Shown here one piece after another: positions 21,282 through 30,101 of a DNA stretch of 62,634 nt. The stretch is from Leptolyngbyaceae cyanobacterium (GTDB lineage: Bacteria; Cyanobacteriota; Cyanobacteriia; Phormidesmidales; Phormidesmidaceae). The stretch is from positions 1 through 62,634 of the forward strand of contig JBHJHA010000016.1 of assembly GCA_050331235.1 (NCBI GenBank). The letters are read 5' to 3'. Each line of letters begins with the position of its first letter. Position 1 is the first letter of the stretch. The notes under the pieces are model-generated. The model did not search any database. It saw only the letters and a program-made list of their open reading frames with translations, and was not told where the DNA came from. The position numbers and the translations under genes were made by a program.

Positions 21282-21601
21282 AGTAGTGTCCTCCAAAGAG
21301 TCGAGACCTTGTTGCTCAGCCAATCGAGATTGTGGCTTTAGTTATCGACTAGGTTCGCCAGGGACAAACCGCTATCTGAAATAGAGGCCATCGTAGCGAA
21401 GGGTTAGACCAAGCAACCTGTTCGTGGTGAATCTACTTTTATGATGCGTCTTGACAATAGGGAATTATGAAAAATGCAATAGAGGCTTGCAAATCTTGAA
21501 TCCTCGCAACATAAACGACCGGAACCGCCTGCTGAGACGAATCCCGGTCGTCAACGTATTTTGAAGCGTCACGATGCGATATCGGCGATCACTGTCACAT
21601 C

Positions 21602-23503
21602 CTAGCCAAGCAGCTCTTTCACCTTGGACATAATGCCATCAGGATCAATGCCCTGGTGAATGAACTGTTCCCAAAGACCGCCACAGCCCTCTTCATGGGT
21701 GCCGATATAGGCATACTTGGGAGTGTAGCCACGCTCCAGCAGCCAAGATCCAAATCGGCTACCCAAACCAGTCCGGCGGTTAAAAGATTCCGTCACCAAC
21801 ACAAATGGAGCCTGACCGACCTTAGCCATCATGTCTTCGTCGATCACGTTGAGAGTCGCTTTGTTAATCAAACCCACCTCAATACCTTCTTGCTTGAGCC
21901 GCTCTACTGCATCAAGGGCGCGGTAGACCGAATCACCAAAGGTCACAATGTACCCAGCCGATCCCTCACGGACGACTTCGTCCTTCCCAGGTGTAAAGGT
22001 ATAGTCGCCACCAAACAGCTCATTGCCATCGGTATCGAGCAAATACGGCACTTTGGATCGCGTTGAGAAAATAAAGCGCATACCCGGATCATTGAAAACA
22101 GCCTTGACGACAGCTTTCATCTGGTTGCCATCCGCTGGGAAATATAGCCGAGTCTCGTAGCCGTCATCCAGGCCATTGTCGGCAAACATGTTGTTGATGC
22201 CAAAGTGGCAGGTGTTGTCAGCCATGTCGTCAATCCCTGCATGGGAGAAATGGCAGAGCAGGTTAGAGTAATTCAACCGGGCCATGGTGATTTCGGAAAT
22301 ACACATCTCCAAGAAGGCGCTAAAAGTTGCAAAAATCCCCTGCTTGCCCTTCTCCATGCCAAATCCGGCGGCGGCTGACAGGTTGCCCCGCTCCTGAATG
22401 CCACCACTGATAAAGATCTCAGGATGCGCTTTACGAATTTGCGCCAAGCCGCAGGATCCTTCCAGATCACTATCAACGACTAAAACGCTGTCTTTGCGGG
22501 TCTGCTCATCCATGCCGCCCAAGATTTCCACCACCGTATCGCCAAAGATATTGCGGTTAGAGCCTACATTACTGGTCGACCCTGTGAAGGTGTAAGTATT
22601 CTTGGGTTTCTCGATGCCTTTGAGAAACTCGACAGCCGCAGTATGGCCTTTGGCCTCAAGATACTTCAGCGCGGCATCAACCGGAATCACATCGTGACCG
22701 TGGGTGCTGCCTTCGATCCCGTCGATCCCGACTGCCATAGCTCGCTTGTTGACAATGGCGATGGGTCCAGGAGTGTTGATAGCTTTGCAGATATTGGCGT
22801 ATAGCCCATCTAAATCTTCACCATCACCCTCGAGTACGGTGAGGCCGTGCCCCTCTAACGTGCGCTTGACGCTAAAGCCCCCCATATACTTGGAAGGATG
22901 ACCCGCGATCGTGACATCATTGTCATCAATCAGCAGTTTGACGTTGATATGATTAGCCACCGCAAGACGAGCGGCCTCAGCATCGTCGCCCTCTTGCTGT
23001 GCCCCATCCGAGCCGAGACAAAAGACTGTCTTGCCGGGGTTGGCTAACGCGACACCGTTGACGTAGGGCCACATGTGACCAAGACGACCCGAGCTGAACT
23101 TTACGCCAGGAGTCAAACCCAGTTCAGGGTGACCGGGGAGCTTGTCGTTGGCGGCTCGGTAGCGCAGAAGCTGATCAGCGGGCAAGTCACCATTCAGCGT
23201 CGCCATGAGATATTGGGTGGCAACCCGGTGCCCAGCTTCATCGAAAAAAATCGGCACAAATTTATCATCTTTGTCGCGGAAGATGGCGTCCAAGATCATC
23301 ACTTCGGGTACGGTGTCGTAGGGGCCGCCAGTGTGTCCCCCGACCCCACGGGCAGCGCCGGTTGCAGTGAAGAAAACGATCGCGTCTCGGCAGAGCTCAA
23401 TGTTGGCTTTGAGCGCGGTCCGCTGCTCATCCGTCAGTGTGGAGACAGAGGGGTCCAGCGAAATCCGTTGGTAGGCGTTGAGATCAATGGGAAACTTTGT
23501 CAT
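21602..23503 (-). CDS. Transketolase-like ThDP-dependent enzyme (non-canonical subfamily)
   Basis: GHPE, SSGRLG, ThDP-binding GSDG...IDDN, GIQE, FATFSAF; single-chain transketolase domain order. Confidence 0.8.
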   Translation of the reverse strand: MTKFPIDLNAYQRISLDPSVSTLTDEQRTALKANIELCRDAIVFFTATGAARGVGGHTGGPYDTVPEVMILDAIFRDKDDKFVPIFFDEAGHRVATQYLMATLNGDLPADQLLRYRAANDKLPGHPELGLTPGVKFSSGRLGHMWPYVNGVALANPGKTVFCLGSDGAQQEGDDAEAARLAVANHINVKLLIDDNDVTIAGHPSKYMGGFSVKRTLEGHGLTVLEGDGEDLDGLYANICKAINTPGPIAIVNKRAMAVGIDGIEGSTHGHDVIPVDAALKYLEAKGHTAAVEFLKGIEKPKNTYTFTGSTSNVGSNRNIFGDTVVEILGGMDEQTRKDSVLVVDSDLEGSCGLAQIRKAHPEIFISGGIQERGNLSAAAGFGMEKGKQGIFATFSAFLEMCISEITMARLNYSNLLCHFSHAGIDDMADNTCHFGINNMFADNGLDDGYETRLYFPADGNQMKAVVKAVFNDPGMRFIFSTRSKVPYLLDTDGNELFGGDYTFTPGKDEVVREGSAGYIVTFGDSVYRALDAVERLKQEGIEVGLINKATLNVIDEDMMAKVGQAPFVLVTESFNRRTGLGSRFGSWLLERGYTPKYAYIGTHEEGCGGLWEQFIHQGIDPDGIMSKVKELLG

Positions 23504-23709
23504 GGTGGCGAACCTGTACGAACGACGTTAGAGCAAATTGATAGACGCGTGAGGCGATTTCTATCCTTTCATATTTGCGGACAATGTTTAAGAAAACATT
23601 GCACCGCCCGCTATCAATCTAGAGCGATCGCGGACAACCGTCCATGCAGACCACGTAAAAGTTGACGCAGCTGAGGCCTCTATGACCGTAGCAAATTACC
23701 TGGCCCACA

Positions 23710-24513
23710 CTAGTGGCGATGGCGCACAGGCCGACCAAGCTGTAGTAGCTCGGAGACAGTAACAAATCGGTACCCTTCAGCCACATATTTATCCAAAATC
23801 TTTTTTACCAGAATCACCGTGTTGCGGCGATCGGCTCCTTCAGATTCCCCATCACCATCATGCATCAGCACAATTGCGCCCCCTTCAAACTTGGGAGCTA
23901 GCAGCGACATCATGACATCCGGGTCTTCCGGCTTCCAATCATTCATCTGCACCGTCCACAAAACATTAGCCTGGCCTCGCTGCTTCAAAACGTAGGGCAG
24001 CGTTAGCCAACTGTGGCCGTAGGGCGAACGAAAGGGAATGTCGTCGGTGTAGCCCAAACCTCTCAGAAGCTGGTCGGTGGATTCTAATTCCGACCGAATC
24101 GTAGCAGGTGATTTCAGCTTGAGGCTGGGATGACTCCAGGTGTGATTGCCAAGCTCATGGCCCTGGGCCACCAAAGTCTGCACGATATCTGGATGCTGCT
24201 CAACGTGGCGGCCCATGACAAAAAAGGTGCTCGGCGCTCCGGCATCCGCTAGTAGCTGCCCAATTTCTTCGGTGTAGCGGGGGTCAGGGCCATCATCAAA
24301 GGTGAGCGCCACAACCTTTTCTGAGGTTTGGACCCGGTAATAAGCATCCCCAAACAACCAGGGGGCCATGTAGCGATTGGGCCAAAACACTTTGTCAAAC
24401 AACACAATCAGCAGGGCGATCGCTCCGGCTACGACAAGCCCCCGCAGGCTCCGACGCCAAAGCCGAGTCCGCCGTTGGGGGAAGGTTGGTGCATGCTTCA
24501 TAGTGGGCTGCAT
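23710..24513 (-). CDS. NodB-type polysaccharide deacetylase with N-terminal membrane anchor
   Basis: ALTFDDGP, GNHTWSH, FRSPYG, IVLMHDG. Confidence 0.9.
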   Translation of the reverse strand: MQPTMKHAPTFPQRRTRLWRRSLRGLVVAGAIALLIVLFDKVFWPNRYMAPWLFGDAYYRVQTSEKVVALTFDDGPDPRYTEEIGQLLADAGAPSTFFVMGRHVEQHPDIVQTLVAQGHELGNHTWSHPSLKLKSPATIRSELESTDQLLRGLGYTDDIPFRSPYGHSWLTLPYVLKQRGQANVLWTVQMNDWKPEDPDVMMSLLAPKFEGGAIVLMHDGDGESEGADRRNTVILVKKILDKYVAEGYRFVTVSELLQLGRPVRHRH

Positions 24514-24730
24514 CAGCTCATCCCCGACTTATCAACCGTCTTATTGAATCATTAAAGTTGGTGAATGAGAACAGTATTAGCCCCATACCAGCCGGTTTGC
24601 TAACGGGTGCGATCGCTAGCCGACCATCACAAGTCCTCTGATTTGCTTCAATGGCATGAGAGCACAGAGCCCATTTGCGGCCACTGTTGACAGTATCCCT
24701 TGTCCAATTCAGCTAACGCGAAGGACCTTC

Positions 24731-25273
24731 ATGCATAGAATCGAAACCATCATATGGAACTTCCGCTTTTTCACCTTGGTGCCTGTCATTTTCGGCCTCT
24801 TGAGTACAGTTCAATTTTTTATCATTGGCACATTAGATATTTGGGCCGGCTTTAGCCTGAAGTTTGACATCAATGATCCGGAAGGAGAGATCACAAACAA
24901 GATTATTTCCTACGCCATTGGCGGCATTGACTACTATCTAATCGGGATTGTGTTGCTCATTTTTAGCTTCGGCATCTATGAGTTATTCATCTCAAAAATT
25001 GATATTCGGTTTGAGCAGTCAGAGCTCAACATCCTACAGAGTGAGACCCTAGAAGAGCTAAAAACCAAGCTAGTTCAGGTCATCGTTGTTGCTTTAATTG
25101 TCAATCTATTTAAGAAAGCGTTGGGTGTTGATATCATTGAGTCTTTAGATTTGATCTACATCTCACTGGCTATTTTGCTAATCTCAATCAGCAGCTTTTT
25201 ATTACAGTACGGAGCGTCTCACCAATCGGCAAAAATGCCTCAAGTGCATCAGGACAAGAAAACAGTTCATTGA
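24731..25273 (+). CDS. YqhA (UPF0114) family membrane protein
   Basis: IDYYLIGIVLLIFSFGIYELFISKID, LEELKTKL; about 4 TM segments. Confidence 0.8.
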   Translation: MHRIETIIWNFRFFTLVPVIFGLLSTVQFFIIGTLDIWAGFSLKFDINDPEGEITNKIISYAIGGIDYYLIGIVLLIFSFGIYELFISKIDIRFEQSELNILQSETLEELKTKLVQVIVVALIVNLFKKALGVDIIESLDLIYISLAILLISISSFLLQYGASHQSAKMPQVHQDKKTVH

Positions 25274-25612
25274 TAGTTTTTCATTTTACTCCTATCAATC
25301 TGTTAATCAATGCTTAAAGCAAACGTTTCTTCGAGCACCTAGAGCAGCGATATCTTTGACCTTGACCTGAATCTTCATCCCTGGCGGCGTCAACATATAG
25401 GGCTGATCGCACAACGCCCTTTAAGCCTTATAGTCCGCCTGTAAAATTTTGCTGTTAAATATATTTTCGTGGGACTTTAAAAATATGGATCGACCTGCTT
25501 TTTTCTTTGCAAGCAGGTTGTAAACTCCAATGACAATTATCACAGAAATCTCGTTCTTCCTACTGCTCCATCTCACAATAGAAATAGGCCCGATAAGAAA
25601 GGAATTTGCCCG

Positions 25613-26008
25613 ATGAATTTCGTGGCAAATCTAAAGATAGGGCGACCAAAATGCCTGCCGGGTCCTGGTCAAGCGAGCCCCATGGGCTGGGATCTCGTAC
25701 CGGATCAGCTCCAATTAGTGCTGCGCCAGGAAGGTTGTCTGCTGCTTAAGCACTGGGTCCGTAAGCGCCATGAGGCCTATATCCGCTTTCAATATGCACC
25801 ACTGACCTATCAAGGTGCACTGTTTTATCTACAACGCTGGTCGGCGACGGAGTGGCATGTTTCACCCAGCCAACTCATCTTTCCTAATGATGGCTGGCCT
25901 TGCAATGAGGAGACTCTACGCCATGGCAGTCAGCTATCGATTTTAGTTCGTCAGGCGATCTCGTTGCTCTATCCCGAGCCGATTCTGAGCTTTTCCAACG
26001 CGGGCTGA
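25613..26008 (+). CDS. Hypothetical protein
   Basis: 131-aa ORF with AAGGA RBS filling an intergenic gap; no recognised motif. Confidence 0.55.
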   Translation: MNFVANLKIGRPKCLPGPGQASPMGWDLVPDQLQLVLRQEGCLLLKHWVRKRHEAYIRFQYAPLTYQGALFYLQRWSATEWHVSPSQLIFPNDGWPCNEETLRHGSQLSILVRQAISLLYPEPILSFSNAG

Positions 26009-26133
26009 TATGGGCCATTTAGTTTAGTGGGCCCGCAGTTCCCGATATCTTCCATCAAAAAGGCAAGCCATAAAGCTTGCCTCGTTGAGCTACCTGAAGT
26101 AATGGATAAAGCCAAACAGTAAGTGAAACCGCT

Positions 26134-26466
26134 TTACCGATCAAAATGCTTAGCGGCTTTTTCAAATGATGAAAATAATTCGTTCCAAGCCGCTTCGAAG
26201 CCTGATTGGAGTTCATTCCAGGCGGCTTCACCAGCGACGTTCATTTCCTCCCACTTAGCCAACAGGGCGTCACGCTGGCTGCTCAGCTCTTCAACGGTGT
26301 TTTGATAGTTGATCTCAGCGTCGGCCTTCGCCTGTTCCGCTTTAGCCTTAAATTCATCAATGCGAGCATTCAGTCTATCAAGTTCTGCTTTGACCTTTTC
26401 TGCATAGGCATCGCGCTGGTCAGCGGGAGGCAACTTGGGTAACTGTTCAGATGATTCTGTAGTCAT
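26134..26466 (-). CDS. Coiled-coil small protein (sll1863-like stress family)
   Basis: RDAYAEKVKAELDRLNARID...AGEAAWNELQSGFEAAWNEL...AAKHF. Confidence 0.75.
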   Translation of the reverse strand: MTTESSEQLPKLPPADQRDAYAEKVKAELDRLNARIDEFKAKAEQAKADAEINYQNTVEELSSQRDALLAKWEEMNVAGEAAWNELQSGFEAAWNELFSSFEKAAKHFDR

Positions 26467-26741
26467 GTTGAGTTTCAATCTCACAGTAGTCATAAATCGG
26501 GAAAATCTTGCTGAGCAAGAATTGCCATTTCTATGATCCATTTCAATCGTTTTTGACACTTCCACTATCAGATAGAATTGGCATCTATCCTTAGCTAGAA
26601 GCTAGGCGGAGTTGGCTAACCAGAAGTCGGTTTTTACCGTTATGCCGACCCGCTCCAGGGCCGCGTTAGGTCACCGAGCCACCGAGGTCGCACGCGGGTA
26701 AATCTTTCTAGAAAACCATGGTTGCCCATAGACTAGAAGGT

Positions 26742-27114
26742 GGAAAGAGTTGGCGAGGCGATTGCAGGTTGGTTTTGCCAGCTTGAGGAAAGTCCGGGCT
26801 CCCGAAAGACCAAGCTTGCTGGGTAACGCCCAGTGCGGGTGACCGTGAGGATAGTGCCACAGAAACATACCGCCGATGGAGCGATCGCTCACAGGTAAGG
26901 GTGCAAAGGTGCGGTAAGAGCGCACCAGCAGCATCGAGAGGTGCTGGCTCGGTAAACCCCGGCGGGGAGCAAGGTCGCAGGAGCAAGGGTTGGTCTTTTT
27001 CCTGTTCCGCTTTTGGTGTACCGCACGAGGCGTCTGGTAACAGCCGTCCCAGATAGATAATCGCCCTCCCATTACGATGGGAGAACAGAACCCGGCTTAC
27101 GTCCAGCTCTTTCC
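26742..27114 (+). ncRNA. rnpB: RNase P RNA (type A)
   Basis: GAGGAAAGTCCGGGCT, AGTGCCACAGAAA, GGTAAACCCC, AGAACCCGGCTTA; P1 GGAAAGAGTTGG pairs with CCAGCTCTTTCC. Confidence 0.97.
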
Positions 27115-27175
27115 CATTTCCGCTATCCCAATCTTTACAATCAGGTCCCAATCAGTGGTATCGGAACCTGCCCCC

Positions 27176-28321
27176 TTAGAACGGCAACCCAGGAAAGGGG
27201 ACATTGTCCAGGACTTCGTCGAGCACTCGATCAGTTAGCTCTTGAACGACCGCATCGGCGATCGCGTTAGCCGCCGCATTGGTAAAGTCCGACTCGCCCG
27301 TTGCCGCCACATCAAAAACACAGCCATCGAGCAACGCTTCATCTACACCGGCCTCGCGGCAGGTGGTTAGCGCGGCATCAACTCGGGCCGGAGCCACGCC
27401 ATTCAGCGTGACAAACTCACTCGGAAACGCCGAATCGGTAAACGTCGCCGTTGACTGTCCCGTGGGATAGTCAAACAGTGACTCCGACTGGCGAATGCGC
27501 CAACTATCGCCAAACTGGCGATGCAAGCTGTCGAAATAGGCATTCTCGATATCTCGCACAGGAATCACCGCTGGCAAAGCCTGATCTAACGTATTGGTCG
27601 CTAAGCTGTAGCTCGACTGAGCCGGCACGATGGAGCCATCGCGGCTCATTAAGTCATCACTCACGGTGCCGTTGAAATTACCGAGCAAGCCAGTCAGACC
27701 ATTTTGGCGGGAGGCACGCAACGTCGGCATGATGTTCAAAAAGTCTTCTCCGCCCGCCCGGATGGAGCGCACCAGCACCTGATCGCCGCTGGGCCAAATC
27801 ACTGCATAATCGTTGCTGCCAACCTGTTGTATCTCCCCACCGTTGGGCAAGGGTAACGCGTCGGCCGCAACAGGCATGGGAATGCCATCAATCCACAACT
27901 TCGTAGCCCCCCCATTGGGTACATCTTGAGCATAAATTGCCACTCGATGGCCACAGACCTGTATGGCCACCGCTGAGTTGAGAGAAATACCGTTGCTGCC
28001 GGACACCGCTTTCTGGCGAGTTTGCACCTCAAAATCGCTGCTTTCTGCTTTAGTGAGCATAAATTCGCCCACTAGCTGAAAGCTGTAATACAAACCGTCA
28101 TAGGTATTGATATGGGGATCACCGTAGCTTCTACCTAGAACCGACTCTGACAGAGGTAGCGTATTGGCAACGCAAAAGGCCAAATCGTCCGCCTGGCCAT
28201 CTTGAGCTTTGACTGGAGCCAAGGAAAGACTCATGACGCTGAAACAAGCCACCCAAAACAAGCTCAGCCAGCGTAGCGATCGCCAGCGCCGAAACCAATT
28301 TTTATGCAAATAGACCATCAA
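27176..28321 (-). CDS. Secreted von Willebrand factor type D (VWD) domain protein
   Basis: Signal peptide; YGDPHINTYDG.YYSFQ..GEF, GLLGNFNG...DD, FGDSWRI, CVFDV. Confidence 0.82.
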   Translation of the reverse strand: MMVYLHKNWFRRWRSLRWLSLFWVACFSVMSLSLAPVKAQDGQADDLAFCVANTLPLSESVLGRSYGDPHINTYDGLYYSFQLVGEFMLTKAESSDFEVQTRQKAVSGSNGISLNSAVAIQVCGHRVAIYAQDVPNGGATKLWIDGIPMPVAADALPLPNGGEIQQVGSNDYAVIWPSGDQVLVRSIRAGGEDFLNIMPTLRASRQNGLTGLLGNFNGTVSDDLMSRDGSIVPAQSSYSLATNTLDQALPAVIPVRDIENAYFDSLHRQFGDSWRIRQSESLFDYPTGQSTATFTDSAFPSEFVTLNGVAPARVDAALTTCREAGVDEALLDGCVFDVAATGESDFTNAAANAIADAVVQELTDRVLDEVLDNVPFPGLPF

Positions 28322-28479
28322 CCACTTCGTTCCACTGCTACGGGCGGTTTACAGGCGTAATTCTACAAACGGCGCTAGCCCAATTCCGGAAAGTAACCTA
28401 AGGCAAAAGACGACGATTATCCCCAGAGAAGTTCCCGGCCTCACCTGATGATAGCTGTCACCCAGACCAGAAAAATGCC

Positions 28480-29424
28480 TCAATCAGAGGGTTTCAGGCT
28501 TTGCAGCGCCTGTCTCAGATGGCCACCGTTTTGCGCCAGGCAGGCTTCGGCAGCACTCGCTGAAAGGTTGGCCCAATTCATCAAGAGCGCAAGTTTCACC
28601 CGTTGACCACTGCGATCGAGCAGGTCTGCCGCTGCTGCGCGGTCAAGCTCTGTCAGGTCGCCAATCATGCGAATGGCGCGATCGCGCAGTTTGGTATTGG
28701 TCACAGCCACATCTACCATGCGATTTCCGTAGACCTTGCCCAGTTGCACCATGACGCCCGTAGACAACATATTCAGCGCCATTTTCGTAACGGTGCCCGC
28801 CTTGAGCCGGGTCGACCCCGCCAAGATTTCTGGACCGACTAATAGCCGAATGTCGCCATCATAGTCAGCGGGCACCTGCTCGCATGGCACACAGGCCATT
28901 AAAATCGCCGTGGCTCCCCGTGCTTGGGCCGCTTTCAACGCACCATGGACATAGGGCGTCGTGCCGCCAGCGGTGATGCCCACCACCACATCGTGTGTCC
29001 CCACCTGATGCTCGCCCATGGCAGTTGCACCATCCTCAGCGATGTCTTCCAACCCTTCTGAACTGCGGACAAGCGCGGCGGGACCGCCCGCAATGATGCC
29101 TTGAACCCACTCTGGCGGCGTGCAAAACGTCGGGGGACATTCCGACGCATCGAGCACCCCTAAGCGACCACTGGTGCCCGCGCCAATGTAAAACAAGCGT
29201 CCCCCCTGTCGCATGCCCTGAGCCGTCACCGCGATCGCTGCGGCCAAGTCTTCACGGGCTCCGGCGATCGCCGTTAAGGTTTTCTGATCTTCTGCATTCA
29301 CTAAGTCAACAAATGCTAGTGGCGAAAGTTGATCCAGGGTTTGGCTAGCGGGGTTAGCCTGCTCCGTCAGGAGAAAGCCCCGATTCGTCAATTTTTGGTC
29401 AGCAGGGAACTCGGCAGCGGTCAC
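28480..29424 (-). CDS. murQ: N-acetylmuramic acid 6-phosphate etherase
   Basis: GAGTSGRLGVLDASECPPTF, GPEILAGSTRLKAGT; GTG 29424 follows AAGGAG. Confidence 0.95.
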   Translation of the reverse strand: MTAAEFPADQKLTNRGFLLTEQANPASQTLDQLSPLAFVDLVNAEDQKTLTAIAGAREDLAAAIAVTAQGMRQGGRLFYIGAGTSGRLGVLDASECPPTFCTPPEWVQGIIAGGPAALVRSSEGLEDIAEDGATAMGEHQVGTHDVVVGITAGGTTPYVHGALKAAQARGATAILMACVPCEQVPADYDGDIRLLVGPEILAGSTRLKAGTVTKMALNMLSTGVMVQLGKVYGNRMVDVAVTNTKLRDRAIRMIGDLTELDRAAAADLLDRSGQRVKLALLMNWANLSASAAEACLAQNGGHLRQALQSLKPSD

Positions 29425-29475
29425 GCGGGACTCCTTGTAATTCAGACCGTCGAGGGATTGCATTCCCCCAAACAT

Positions 29476-29865
29476 TTACAGCAGCTTTTCTAAACGCTGA
29501 CGGATGTCATTGAGCTCTTCATTAGAAAGGCGAGACTCATCCGCCGTGGGGGGCACCTCTTCGTCATAAACTCCGTCAGAATTCCAGTCGGTTTGTTCAA
29601 CTCGATGGTCAGGGGGAACCATCAGTGCCCCCGACGGAATCAAACGATGATCAAAGCCCGCTTCTTGGCAAAACTCCTCAATTTCATCCTGTTCAAACAC
29701 CTCCACCTCTGGGGTCGGAAAATCCTGCGCTTCTAGCATCAGGCCAAACCGAGTAGCATCATCTTCGTCTTCAAACATCAGGACGATGTTCCGACCATTC
29801 GCCTGCAGAGAATGAATGCCTTCGTTATCGGTCCCTGCGTTAAACAGGAGCACGTAGACTTGCAT
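29476..29865 (-). CDS. DUF3110 family protein
   Basis: VYVLLFNAGTDNEGIH, FEDEDDATRF..MLEAQDF, IRQRLEKLL. Confidence 0.85.
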   Translation of the reverse strand: MQVYVLLFNAGTDNEGIHSLQANGRNIVLMFEDEDDATRFGLMLEAQDFPTPEVEVFEQDEIEEFCQEAGFDHRLIPSGALMVPPDHRVEQTDWNSDGVYDEEVPPTADESRLSNEELNDIRQRLEKLL

Positions 29866-30101
29866 GAGTCTCTAATCCTTCTATCATCCATAAGCGTTAA
29901 TTTTAAGTATCTTATGGGCAGCTAGACCAGGGAAATCGACAGACAATTCTCAGTTGCTGGGGATCGCCATGAAGAAAATAACTAAAATTTCAGTCCACCT
30001 TGATAAGGTCTTGATGGTTAAATGTCTTTCACTGCAACGGTCGTCACGAAATTTGCCCCCAGGCAGCAATTAGGAATTGCAACACAGGTGTGTAGGTCAT
30101 C

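Noticed and set aside
25529..25544. AATGA-N6-TCACA as a CRP site
   Set aside because: Left half-site lacks the key TG; too weak to call.
26671..27151. Minus-strand ORFs of 133 and 147 aa
   Set aside because: Antisense shadows of rnpB.
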